Below are positions 34,879-43,679 of a stretch of DNA of 64,000 nt, piece after piece. Source of the DNA: Dehalococcoidales bacterium (GTDB taxonomy: Bacteria; Chloroflexota; Dehalococcoidia; Dehalococcoidales; RBG-16-60-22); assembly GCA_050014095.1 (NCBI GenBank), contig JBEKDZ010000001.1, positions 43,989 to 107,988 of the forward strand. The letters are read 5' to 3'. Position 1 is the first letter of the stretch; every line of letters begins with the position of its first letter. A program made the position numbers and the translations under genes. Below the pieces are notes generated by a model, which was given only the letters and a program-made list of their open reading frames with translations, had not been told where the DNA came from and did no database searches.

Positions 34879-35532
34879 CTAACGGTAATAGATAACCCGT
34901 CTCTTCCTCCGGAAAAAGAACCCGGTGGCTAGCCCCACCAGTAGTCCACCCAAATGCCCCTGCCAGGCAATGCCGGGGAATAAATTAGGTATCGACCAGA
35001 GCACCATAAATATCAAAACAAAAGCCCAGAGAGGCATGGGGATGATACCCCAAAGATTCACTCGCATGGTGGGCATCATTACCACCAGGGCGCCGGTCAG
35101 GGCAAATATCGCGCCGGAGGCGCCAATAGCTATTGAATAGGGGTCTCCCAGCCAGATATAGCCCAGATTGCCTACAATACCGCCGACGAAATAGACCAGG
35201 AGAAACCACTTTGTCCCTACTAGCTGGTAGACAACCTGCCCGAAGAAAAATAGGGTAAGCATATTACCAAAGATATGCCAGAACTCAACATGCACGAACA
35301 TATTGGTCAGTATTGTCCAGGGCTGCTGTGTGAACAGCGACGGCGATAACCCAAAAGTATTGACGAGTTTATCGCTATTTATGAAAGAGGCGAGATATAT
35401 GATTAAATTTATAATAATTATTATGTAAACAGGGTTTTGCAGGAAACCGCCAGTACCGCCGCCCGTCCATAATCTCCGCCGCGGCGGGGGCGAAGAGGGC
35501 TGTTTCATATAGTCTCTATCGTTTAAAGGCAT
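34879..35532 (-). CDS. Rhomboid intramembrane serine protease
   Basis: HIFGNM, GASG, HLGG. Confidence 0.92.
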   Translation of the reverse strand: MPLNDRDYMKQPSSPPPRRRLWTGGGTGGFLQNPVYIIIIINLIIYLASFINSDKLVNTFGLSPSLFTQQPWTILTNMFVHVEFWHIFGNMLTLFFFGQVVYQLVGTKWFLLVYFVGGIVGNLGYIWLGDPYSIAIGASGAIFALTGALVVMMPTMRVNLWGIIPMPLWAFVLIFMVLWSIPNLFPGIAWQGHLGGLLVGLATGFFFRRKRRVIYYR

Positions 35533-35658
35533 ACATCAACCTCATAAAAAGTATGGGAAAACTCCTACACTATATATTATATCAGCTTTGAAACGCCGAC
35601 GCATTAACTTGACTAAAAAGCGACGAAAGGCGATAATATTTAGGATTTCCCGTTATAC

Positions 35659-35733
35659 TCCCCGATAGCTCAACGGTAGAGCGGGCGGCTGTTAACCGCT
35701 AGGTTCAAGGTTCGAATCCTTGTCGGGGAGCCA
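35659..35733 (+). tRNA. tRNA-Asn(GTT)
   Basis: TCCCCGATAGCTCAACGGTAGAGCGGGCGGCTGTTAACCGC...GGTTCGAATCC...GGGGAGCCA. Confidence 0.95.
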
Positions 35734-35852
35734 AATTCAAGAGCCGATGACAGAGTCAGTCCATTATCAAGACCCCTCTCTTTAAAGGCCGATGTGTTTT
35801 TAATTTCCAAATGAGTTATGATATATCAAACATAACTATAAAGGAGCGGAAA

Positions 35853-36344
35853 ATGGCAAAGAAGATAGCAAGTTTTAATACGCTGAAGAACGTCGTGCGA
35901 GCGCCAAACGTCGTCGAGTTAACACCGTGGAAATCCATCCACAAACAAATTAAAGAGCCGATGCTTACTGGCATGGGCAATATGGATATCAAGGACTCGC
36001 ACCTCGCAATGGGATTCGCCCGCATCACCGAGCCAGTATCGATGGGCTCACCGACACATAAACACCCCCACGACCAGTGGATATGGCTTATCGGCGAACC
36101 GGAACATTTTGATGAATTCGACGCGGACGTCGAAATGACGTTGGGTAAAAAGATAGTGAAAATCAACTATCCCTGTTACATCTTCATACCCAAGAACGTC
36201 ATGCACTGTCCACTAGACGTGAAGCGCGTTGGCAAACCGTTTATCTTCATCGATGCCAGGATTTCCGAAGAGGCATCAGTACGTCCAAAAACACTAAAGA
36301 AACACACACCCATAAAATACATCGCCAATCCTAAGAAAAAATAG
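35853..36344 (+). CDS. Uncharacterised cupin-like protein, paralog 5
   Basis: HKHPHDQ...FDADVEM...FIPKNVMHCPL. Start after RBS AAGGAG. Confidence 0.7.
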   Translation: MAKKIASFNTLKNVVRAPNVVELTPWKSIHKQIKEPMLTGMGNMDIKDSHLAMGFARITEPVSMGSPTHKHPHDQWIWLIGEPEHFDEFDADVEMTLGKKIVKINYPCYIFIPKNVMHCPLDVKRVGKPFIFIDARISEEASVRPKTLKKHTPIKYIANPKKK

Positions 36345-36361
36345 ACAACGATAAAGTGTGC

Positions 36362-36402
36362 AAAAAAAAGGGGCTTCTTTGTAGAAGCCCCCTAGATTTT
36401 TT
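36362..36402. terminator. Bidirectional intrinsic terminator
   Basis: A8-GGGGCTTCT-loop-AGAAGCCCC-T tract between convergent genes. Confidence 0.75.
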
Positions 36403-36417
36403 TCCCGGCACGTAAAA

Positions 36418-37506
36418 CTACTTCACAAACCCTTTAGCCACCAATAACTCGGCGGTGAGTATAGCGCCGCCCGCCGCCCCCCGCACCGTGTTATGATGCA
36501 AACCGACGAAGCGGATATCGAAGACGTTGCACGGGCGCAGTCTGCCCACCGTGACCGCCATGCCATTGCCGGCGTCCCTATCCTTGCGGGGCTGGGGTCG
36601 GTCGGGCTCATCGCGGTAAATAATGGGGGGTAAAGGGGCGGTGGGCAGCTTTAGCTCTTGCGGGAGCGACTTGAAGCTACGCCAGATTTTAATAATTTCT
36701 TCCAGTTCCGGTTTCTTGCCGGCGAACTTGAGGCTGACGCAGGCAACATGCCCGTCGGAAACAGGAACGCGATTGCAATGCGCCGATATTTTTATGCTAG
36801 CATCGGACACGATTTTACCGCCCGCAACCTTGCCCAGGATTTTCGCCGGTTCAAATTCCGACTTCTTTTCTTCGTCGGCGAGCGTGGGCATAACGTTATC
36901 TATCAGGTCGATGGAGGCGGGACCGGGATAACCAGCACCGGATACCGCCTGCATGGTAGATAAAATCATCTTTTCAATCGGATGTCCCGCCGCGATTAAA
37001 GCATAAATCGGCAGCATATAGCTCTGGATGCTGCAGTTGGGCTTAACAACGAGTAGTCCCTCTTTCCAGCCGCGCTGCTTACGCTGCTGGGGGATGATAT
37101 CCAGATGGCTATGGTTTATCTCCGGTATTATTACCGGCACATCCTCGGTGGCGCGGTGGGCGGAGTTATTGGAGACGACCGCAAAGCCTTTGGCGGCGTA
37201 TTCCTCCTCCAAAGCGAGGATAGCTTTTTTATCCAGCTCCACCGCCGAGAAGATGATGCGGCATTTGCCGACGGCTTTAGCTATGTTACTCGCATCTTCA
37301 ACGATAATGTTACGATGGACTTCGGGGATATCGACATCCATGTGCCAGCGTCCCGCTACGGCGTCGGCGTATTTCTTGCCGGCGGAGTTCGGCGAGGCGG
37401 CCAGATAAACAACCTCGAACCACGGGTGGCGTGCGAGCAGCTTAAGATAGTTCTGCCCCACCATCCCCGTTGCCCCCAGAACACCTACCTTGATTTTCTT
37501 GTCCAT
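36418..37506 (-). CDS. asd: Aspartate-semialdehyde dehydrogenase
   Basis: GATGMVG, PNCS, QAVSGAG, CNRVPVSDGH, HNTVRGAAG. Confidence 0.95.
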   Translation of the reverse strand: MDKKIKVGVLGATGMVGQNYLKLLARHPWFEVVYLAASPNSAGKKYADAVAGRWHMDVDIPEVHRNIIVEDASNIAKAVGKCRIIFSAVELDKKAILALEEEYAAKGFAVVSNNSAHRATEDVPVIIPEINHSHLDIIPQQRKQRGWKEGLLVVKPNCSIQSYMLPIYALIAAGHPIEKMILSTMQAVSGAGYPGPASIDLIDNVMPTLADEEKKSEFEPAKILGKVAGGKIVSDASIKISAHCNRVPVSDGHVACVSLKFAGKKPELEEIIKIWRSFKSLPQELKLPTAPLPPIIYRDEPDRPQPRKDRDAGNGMAVTVGRLRPCNVFDIRFVGLHHNTVRGAAGGAILTAELLVAKGFVK

Positions 37507-37580
37507 TTTTATCCTCTCGCAAAGACAAAGCTTATAGATAAATTATATCAGAAATTTACGCCTTTGGCTCACTTTTTAGG

Positions 37581-37934
37581 TTAAACTTCTCCTACACGTT
37601 TTGCCCTTTTACCCCCAAAGGCCTCGATGGTACGTGTACCGGCGATAACCTCTCCCCCGTGAGTAACGCCTTTTTTAATTAAATATTCCTGACCCGCCTT
37701 TACCGGAATGCGTTTGCCATCGATTATAAGCGTATATTGCCCCTCCACCACCAGCATGTATTCATCGTAATCATGAACATGCACGGCAGATTCACCATCC
37801 TGATAAACCGTCCAAAAAGCCATTTGACTGCCGTCCGCTCCGTCAAAGACGTATCCCTCAATGTTTTCAGTATATTGGGATGCGCTTGAAATTTTGTTAA
37901 CCTGGTTTTTCATAAATTCCGGAAAATCTTTCAT
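37581..37934 (-). CDS. Cupin domain protein
   Basis: HVHDYDEY...G..H motif. Confidence 0.8.
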   Translation of the reverse strand: MKDFPEFMKNQVNKISSASQYTENIEGYVFDGADGSQMAFWTVYQDGESAVHVHDYDEYMLVVEGQYTLIIDGKRIPVKAGQEYLIKKGVTHGGEVIAGTRTIEAFGGKRAKRVGEV

Positions 37935-37936
37935 AC

Positions 37937-38383
37937 TTAATCCTCCCACCTGTATTTCAATTTTTTATTCTTGAGCTTTTCCACTCCGCAGCTATAGCAG
38001 ATGCCATTATGGCAGCATATCGTCCCCCCGCATTCAGGGCATTTCCACTTCTTAGCTTCTTTCTTTAAAAACTTTGCCATGCCGTTTTCTTTTATTAATA
38101 TAAGGTTTTCTATCATACTCATGTGGTATTTCGTGCTATAGCGTTTATCAAGGTGTTTTAGTCGGAGGCAGGGAAACTCGCTGCACTCATAGCAGTACTG
38201 CACCTTGCCTTTCCCGAGTAATTCGCAACTCTTTTTCATAAAGGCGCAATTTTTGCCACGCGGTCGACAGCCGGCGCAATAGGTCTTCATGATTCCGGTT
38301 CGTTTCAAGTCGTTTTTCAGCGACAGGTAGCTGCTGCACAAGCCGCAGTTCATGCCGCAAGGAGCGATTAATATTGCTTCCAT
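37937..38383 (-). CDS. Cys-rich DUF3795-like protein
   Basis: IAPCGMNCGLC, CAGC, CYECSEFPC, CPECGG..C.H..C..C. Confidence 0.8.
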   Translation of the reverse strand: MEAILIAPCGMNCGLCSSYLSLKNDLKRTGIMKTYCAGCRPRGKNCAFMKKSCELLGKGKVQYCYECSEFPCLRLKHLDKRYSTKYHMSMIENLILIKENGMAKFLKKEAKKWKCPECGGTICCHNGICYSCGVEKLKNKKLKYRWED

Positions 38384-38408
38384 TTTCTTTACCCACATCT
38401 CCCAATCT

Positions 38409-38537
38409 ATCCCCTTGCCCCTTCCTTTGCCAAAGGAAGGGGGAGGAAATGGAGAGGGGCTGCGCCCCTCTCGCTAACGCACTCCCCTTTTGGGGTATTG
38501 ACGTCCCTCCTTTGTAAGGAGGGAGTGAGGGAGATTT
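38409..38537. repeat. Composite hairpin repeat cluster
   Basis: CCCCTTCCTTTGCCAAAGGAAGGGG, GAGAGGGGCTGCGCCCCTCTC, TCCCTCCTTTGTAAGGAGGGA. Confidence 0.8.
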
Positions 38538-38644
38538 TGTTTACCATTTACCCCTTATCCCCTTTTCTCTTTCATCACTTCCTTGTTACTTGCTACTTGG
38601 TACTTGTTACTTTATCAACCCTCACATCATACCCAAACTAAATA

Positions 38645-38673
38645 AAAAAGGGAAGCGTTAAAGCCTCCCTTTT
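38645..38673 (-). terminator. Intrinsic terminator after CoA-transferase genes
   Basis: AAAAAGGGA...TCCCTTTT stem with a T tract on the minus strand. Confidence 0.6.
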
Positions 38674-38698
38674 CAAGTTCACAGACTTTAACGGTCTT

Positions 38699-39379
38699 TT
38701 ACAGTTCTATCTCCTTGCAGTCCGGCGCGATAATCAGCTTCGGCTCGGTGACGGACTGGATATCTTCCGGCGTCAGGCCAGCGACCACCTCTTTGAGCAC
38801 CATGCCCTTAGGGGTAATCTCTATCACCGCGAGGTCGGTGAAAAGCATGTTGACCTTGCCGACGGCTGTAGCCGGATAGGAAAGCTCTTTGACAACCTTA
38901 TAGTCGCCATCCTTGGTGATATGTTCCATGGCGATGAACAGCTTCTTGGCACCGGCGCAGAGGTCCATCGACCCGCCGATATTGCCGACGAACAAGCCTC
39001 TGGCAGGATTAGACCAGCCCGCATAGTCGCCGCGGACATTAACCTGTAGGGCGCCCATGACCGCCACGTCGATATGCCCGCCGCGTATCATACCGAATGA
39101 TTGACTAATATCAAAATAGGCGGAACCCGGCAGCGCCGTCACCGCCTGGCAGCTGGCATTAATCAGGTCCTGGTCAACATCGTCGCCGTCAGCCAGCGGC
39201 CCTGTCTTAAGCATCCCTATCTCGGACTGGAGACACACGTCCATGCCTTCAATCCAATTGCTTACCAGTGTTGGTATGCCGATACCCAGATTGACATAGC
39301 TGCCTTCTTTAATTTCACGGCTGACCCGTAGGGCAATCATTTCCCGGGGCAGACCTTCGAACTTAACTTTGGGAGACAT
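38699..39379 (-). CDS. CoA-transferase subunit B (3-oxoacid family I)
   Basis: VNLGIGIPT, LQSEIG with catalytic Glu, MIRGGH, GGSMDL. Confidence 0.92.
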   Translation of the reverse strand: MSPKVKFEGLPREMIALRVSREIKEGSYVNLGIGIPTLVSNWIEGMDVCLQSEIGMLKTGPLADGDDVDQDLINASCQAVTALPGSAYFDISQSFGMIRGGHIDVAVMGALQVNVRGDYAGWSNPARGLFVGNIGGSMDLCAGAKKLFIAMEHITKDGDYKVVKELSYPATAVGKVNMLFTDLAVIEITPKGMVLKEVVAGLTPEDIQSVTEPKLIIAPDCKEIEL

Positions 39380-39399
39380 TTATATCTTCCTCCTGCTTA

Positions 39400-40140
39400 C
39401 TAGTCTATGGTTATAGCGAACTTGGGCCGCGGCACCTTAACCATCCGGTGCACATATACCCCGGGCGTATGCACATCATCGCCGTCCAATCCCCCGGGTT
39501 CGACCAGATTTTCGACCTCGGCAATAGTAACTCTGGCCGCCGTAGCCATGACATGGTTAAAATTTATCGCCGTCTTGGTATAGCGCAGATTACCTTCCCG
39601 GTCGCCGATATAAGCATGAATAAATGCGTAATCCGGCTTCAAAGCATATTCCAGAATATATTTCTGGCCGTTGATTATCCGTGTTTCTTTCGGCTTGCGG
39701 TTGGCTTCGATATTCGTGACGCTGCTTTCTTCTATTACCGAGCCGACGCCGGTGGGGGTATAAAAGGCGGGGATACCCGCGCCGCCGGCGCGGTACTTTT
39801 CCGCCATCGTCCCCATAGGGAAGACCTCGAACTCTATTTTTCCAGCCCTGACTGCCTGCTCGAAGGGGTCCTGCATGCCCTTGCTGGCCGAGCGGAAGAG
39901 CCCGTAGGAATCAATAACCTTTTTAAGCTGTCCGTTTAGCGTCAGCGCCCTTAATTCGTCAGCCGCGCCGAGCAGCGGGCCGCAGCCGCAGGAAAGTGTT
40001 AGATTCTTAGTACCCTTCTTGATAATGGCCTGGAGCAAAGCCCTCGGGACGCCGCAGGCAAAAAAGCCCGGGATGGCGATCATGGCGCCATCTTTAATAT
40101 CGGCAATCGCCTCTTCCAGACTGGGCAAGACTTTATTCAT
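39400..40140 (-). CDS. CoA-transferase subunit A
   Basis: IKDGA, PMGTMAEKYRAGGAGIPAFYTPTG, VHTPGVYV. Confidence 0.92.
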   Translation of the reverse strand: MNKVLPSLEEAIADIKDGAMIAIPGFFACGVPRALLQAIIKKGTKNLTLSCGCGPLLGAADELRALTLNGQLKKVIDSYGLFRSASKGMQDPFEQAVRAGKIEFEVFPMGTMAEKYRAGGAGIPAFYTPTGVGSVIEESSVTNIEANRKPKETRIINGQKYILEYALKPDYAFIHAYIGDREGNLRYTKTAINFNHVMATAARVTIAEVENLVEPGGLDGDDVHTPGVYVHRMVKVPRPKFAITID

Positions 40141-40352
40141 GAACGAATTGCCTCCTTATGCTATTTCCCGAAACCACACGTCAGCGGACATCAGAACGAA
40201 ATCACCGGAATAAAACGACCTGAGAATCCGCCAGACACACTCTTGATATTATAGCTAATTTCACCTTTCGATGTCAAAATCTACGAGCCAGCTGAACCAG
40301 CGCGTAATTGTAAAAACAATATTCATCGCTTATCATAGAGAATAGGTACGTG

Positions 40353-41141
40353 ATGAAACAGCAGCAGAACTCAACCGATACGATTACCTTCCTGGGGACG
40401 GCCGGCGCCCGGTTTATGGTCAGCAAACAGCTCGCCGCCTCGGGCGGAATCTGGTTGAACCTCGGCGGCACGCAGCTCCTCCTCGACCCCGCCCCGGGAA
40501 CAATCGTCCAGTCTAATAAAAGGAAACTGAACGCGGAAAAGCTGGACGCTATTATCCTCTCCCATCGGCACCTCGACCATTCCGGCGATGTCAATGTCAT
40601 GGTCGAAGCCATGACCAGCGGCGGCTTTAAGCGCCACGGTTACCTTTATGCCCCCGCCGATGCCCTGGGTGACGAGCCGGTCATTTATTCCTATCTCAGG
40701 AAATTCATCGAGGGCATTATCGTTCTGGAAGCAGGCAAGTCCTATACCATAGGTAACGTCACTTTCTCCACGCCGGTCAGGCACGTGCATCCGGGCGAGA
40801 CTTACGGCATGGTGTTTCAAACGCGGGGGCACAGCTTCTCCTATATTGCCGATACGCTCTATTTTGACGGTCTAGTTAAGAGCTACGCCAGCGAGCTGCT
40901 GATTATCAACATGGTCTTCACCGAGCCCCGCCCGCCCGTCGAGCACCTGGCAATACCGGATGCCGCGCGAATCATTGCAGAAATCAAGCCCAAAGTAGCC
41001 ATTTTAAGTCATTTTGGCATGCATGTCTGGCAGGCAAAGCCATGGAAAATAGCTGAAGAGATAACGCAGCAAACAGGAATAAAAGTAATCGCCGCACGGG
41101 ATGGCATGAAATTCGACCTGGCACAGCTGGATGAAATATAG
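40353..41141 (+). CDS. Metallo-beta-lactamase fold hydrolase
   Basis: FLGTAG, SHRHLDH, ADT, SHF, ARDG. Confidence 0.88.
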   Translation: MKQQQNSTDTITFLGTAGARFMVSKQLAASGGIWLNLGGTQLLLDPAPGTIVQSNKRKLNAEKLDAIILSHRHLDHSGDVNVMVEAMTSGGFKRHGYLYAPADALGDEPVIYSYLRKFIEGIIVLEAGKSYTIGNVTFSTPVRHVHPGETYGMVFQTRGHSFSYIADTLYFDGLVKSYASELLIINMVFTEPRPPVEHLAIPDAARIIAEIKPKVAILSHFGMHVWQAKPWKIAEEITQQTGIKVIAARDGMKFDLAQLDEI

Positions 41142-41148
41142 GAGTAGC

Positions 41149-41517
41149 ATGGAAACAGCAAGTTTTGAGCAGCTCGTCGCCAGAGCTATTGAAAGCCTGC
41201 CCGAGGAAATCCGCGAAAGTCTGGAAAATGTCGACGTCATCGTGGCAGACGATTTGACGCCTGATCAGCGACAAAGTGAGGGTTTGAAAAATAACGAAAC
41301 ACTGCTCGGACTTTACGAAGGGGTGCCTTTGACCAAACGGACACATGGCTACAGCGGCGTAGTGCCGGATAAAATTACCATTTTTCAAAAGCCCATTGAA
41401 GCCTCGTGTAAAAACGATATACAAATCGTAGCCGCCGTACAGCGGGTCGTCCGACACGAGATTGCCCATCACTTCGGCATCGATGATGACCGACTTAAAG
41501 AGATACGAAGATATTAA
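41149..41517 (+). CDS. Minimal zincin metallopeptidase family protein
   Basis: LLGLYEGVPL, PDKITIF, HEIAHHFG. Confidence 0.88.
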   Translation: METASFEQLVARAIESLPEEIRESLENVDVIVADDLTPDQRQSEGLKNNETLLGLYEGVPLTKRTHGYSGVVPDKITIFQKPIEASCKNDIQIVAAVQRVVRHEIAHHFGIDDDRLKEIRRY

Positions 41518-41518
41518 G

Positions 41519-42910
41519 CTATTTCAAAGTTTTCACCATGTAGTCGCCCTGTGACTCATAGCCGAACTCGACGCGGTAATATTCTTTAGCGCCCGTCCCG
41601 CTTAAGATAACCATCCGGCTGGCGTTAAACTCTTCTTTAGCGATACGCTCCGCCTCGCGTAATAATGCTTTACCATAGCCTTTGTGCTGCGCGGCGGTAT
41701 CGTTCTTCTCGCTAAGGGGCACTTCGGGTCCGAAAATATGCAGCTCTCTAACTATCGCTTTGTTTCCCTTTAGCCCCCGCTCCAATGCTGGAACAGGAAT
41801 AGACTGAATTCTAAGTCTTAGCAGACCGAACAGCGTTTCGTTCTCATCCTCGAAAGAGAGGAATATTTCCTTACCGCCGGCAGCAGTATAATCCATCCTG
41901 ACCAGGCGCGGCTCACCGATTTCCCTTCCGGCTAAAAGGCGGTGGCCAAACTCCCGGCAGCGCGTACAGTGACATTCGATGCCCTGTTGTTTCATCCGTT
42001 CTCTTACGATATCGCGTAGCGAGTCCTTAAGTCCAGCGACGATATACTTGGATGAGATATCGCGCAGCACGCGGGAGATTCGCACGTACTTCGGAACCAG
42101 CGCTTTTATCTGGATAATCAGGTTTACCATTGTCTCGTCGTTATAAGGCTGGTAACGCCCCTCTCGATACCACGTTGCCAGCTCGGTGCCTTCTACCACC
42201 ATGGTGGGATAGAGCTTAAGTCCGTCCGGCTTAAAACAGTCGTCGGTAAAAAGCCGTCGAGACATTTCCAAGTCTTTTTCCGGCGATGAGCCGGGTAATC
42301 CCGGCATCCAGTGATAGTAGACTTTGAAGCCGCTCTCACGGAGTCGTTTGGTGGCTTCCACTACCGCCTCGACCCCATGTCCCCGCCGTACCAGCTTGTA
42401 GATATCATCGTCCAAGGTCTGCACGCCAAGTTCTACCCGCGTTGCGCCGAACTCCAGCATACGCTTGATTTCCGCAGGCCCGCACCAGTCCGGCCGCGTC
42501 TCGATGCAAAGTCCGGTGCAGCGGTTGCGGGCAGTCTCATTAATTTTCTTCGCATCCTCCAACGACGCCGCTTCCACGCCGTTAAGAGCGTCGTAAAGGT
42601 CTTTGACAAATTGATACTGGTACTCTAAAGGCTGCGCCAAAAAAGTGCCGCCCATGATGATAAGCTCGATTTTATCTGTAGGATGTCCCATATCCTCGAA
42701 CATCCTGATTCTAACTTTCACCTGTTGGCCGGCGTCGAAGTCGCTGCTCCTGGCGCGCAGCACCGCCGGCGACTCCGGCGTGTAGCTCTGGGGCGCATCA
42801 ATATAGGTGGGACAATAGACGCACTTGCCGGGACAGCTCATCGGTTTGGTCATCACCGCCAGCGGTGTTACCCCGGAGATAGTTCTTGCAAATTTCCTTA
42901 TCTTAGCCAT
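41519..42910 (-). CDS. elp3: Elp3-family tRNA U34 carboxymethyltransferase (radical SAM + KAT)
   Basis: CPGKCVYC, PQSYT, MGGTF, IETRPD, RVELGVQ, LKLYP, RISRVLRDI, CHCTRCRE, VRELHIFG, QHKGYG. Confidence 0.92.
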   Translation of the reverse strand: MAKIRKFARTISGVTPLAVMTKPMSCPGKCVYCPTYIDAPQSYTPESPAVLRARSSDFDAGQQVKVRIRMFEDMGHPTDKIELIIMGGTFLAQPLEYQYQFVKDLYDALNGVEAASLEDAKKINETARNRCTGLCIETRPDWCGPAEIKRMLEFGATRVELGVQTLDDDIYKLVRRGHGVEAVVEATKRLRESGFKVYYHWMPGLPGSSPEKDLEMSRRLFTDDCFKPDGLKLYPTMVVEGTELATWYREGRYQPYNDETMVNLIIQIKALVPKYVRISRVLRDISSKYIVAGLKDSLRDIVRERMKQQGIECHCTRCREFGHRLLAGREIGEPRLVRMDYTAAGGKEIFLSFEDENETLFGLLRLRIQSIPVPALERGLKGNKAIVRELHIFGPEVPLSEKNDTAAQHKGYGKALLREAERIAKEEFNASRMVILSGTGAKEYYRVEFGYESQGDYMVKTLK

Positions 42911-43028
42911 ACTATTATAAGAAGTCCGACCCTGTCATTGTGAGCGGAGCGAATCAATCCGCCTGCCCTCTTTAATCGGGACAATAGTTTAAATAGGCAG
43001 TCACTCTAAGTTTAGCAGATAGGTGCTT

Positions 43029-43679
43029 ATGTCAACAACGCGAGAAACCTACAACCGTATAGCGGCATCCCGATATAATTTCCGGCAACACTCCAGATTC
43101 CAGGTGGAACTGGGAGAACTGGCGCGGCGGTGGCAAAAGGGCAAGCTTCTTAATGTCGGCTGCGCTCACGGGCCGGACTTTATTCCCTTTAAAGAATCCT
43201 TCGAGCTATACGGAGTAGATTATTCTCCGCAAATGCTGGATTTAGCTAAGAAATACGCCGCTAAAAATCAGTTCAGCGTTAATCTAGTAGAAGCTGATGC
43301 ACGTAATCTCCCTTATGCTAACGACTTTTACGACTTCGCTATTGCCATCGCCGTCTACCACCATATCGAAGATAAAGACGGAAGAATGAAAGCGCTTAAG
43401 GAGCTTTACCGCGTGCTAAAGCCCGGCGGGGAGGCTTTCATTACCGTCTGGAACCGGTGGCAGCCCAGGCACTGGCTCCAGAAAAAAAGCTTTATGGAAC
43501 CCTGGAAAACCAGAGAGAAAACGCTCTACCGCTACTATTACCTGTTCACCTACCGCGAGCTGGAGAAGCTGGCGCGCCGGGCAGGCTTCGAGGTTATAAA
43601 GTCCTATCCTGAAGACCGCTATAAATTTCCTTTTAAGATATTTTCGCGGAATATCTGCCTGCTGGTGAAGAAAATTTAA
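43029..43679 (+). CDS. Class I SAM-dependent methyltransferase, Trm9/ALKBH8-like
   Basis: LNVGCAHG, GVDYS, DFAIAIAVYHH, LYRVLKPGG..FITVW, PW, YRYYYLF...EL. Confidence is high for a methyltransferase, lower for the subfamily. Confidence 0.75.
   Translation: MSTTRETYNRIAASRYNFRQHSRFQVELGELARRWQKGKLLNVGCAHGPDFIPFKESFELYGVDYSPQMLDLAKKYAAKNQFSVNLVEADARNLPYANDFYDFAIAIAVYHHIEDKDGRMKALKELYRVLKPGGEAFITVWNRWQPRHWLQKKSFMEPWKTREKTLYRYYYLFTYRELEKLARRAGFEVIKSYPEDRYKFPFKIFSRNICLLVKKI

Noticed and set aside
35659-36400. Genomic island integrated at tRNA-Asn
   Set aside because: No integrase and no duplicated tRNA 3' end seen downstream.
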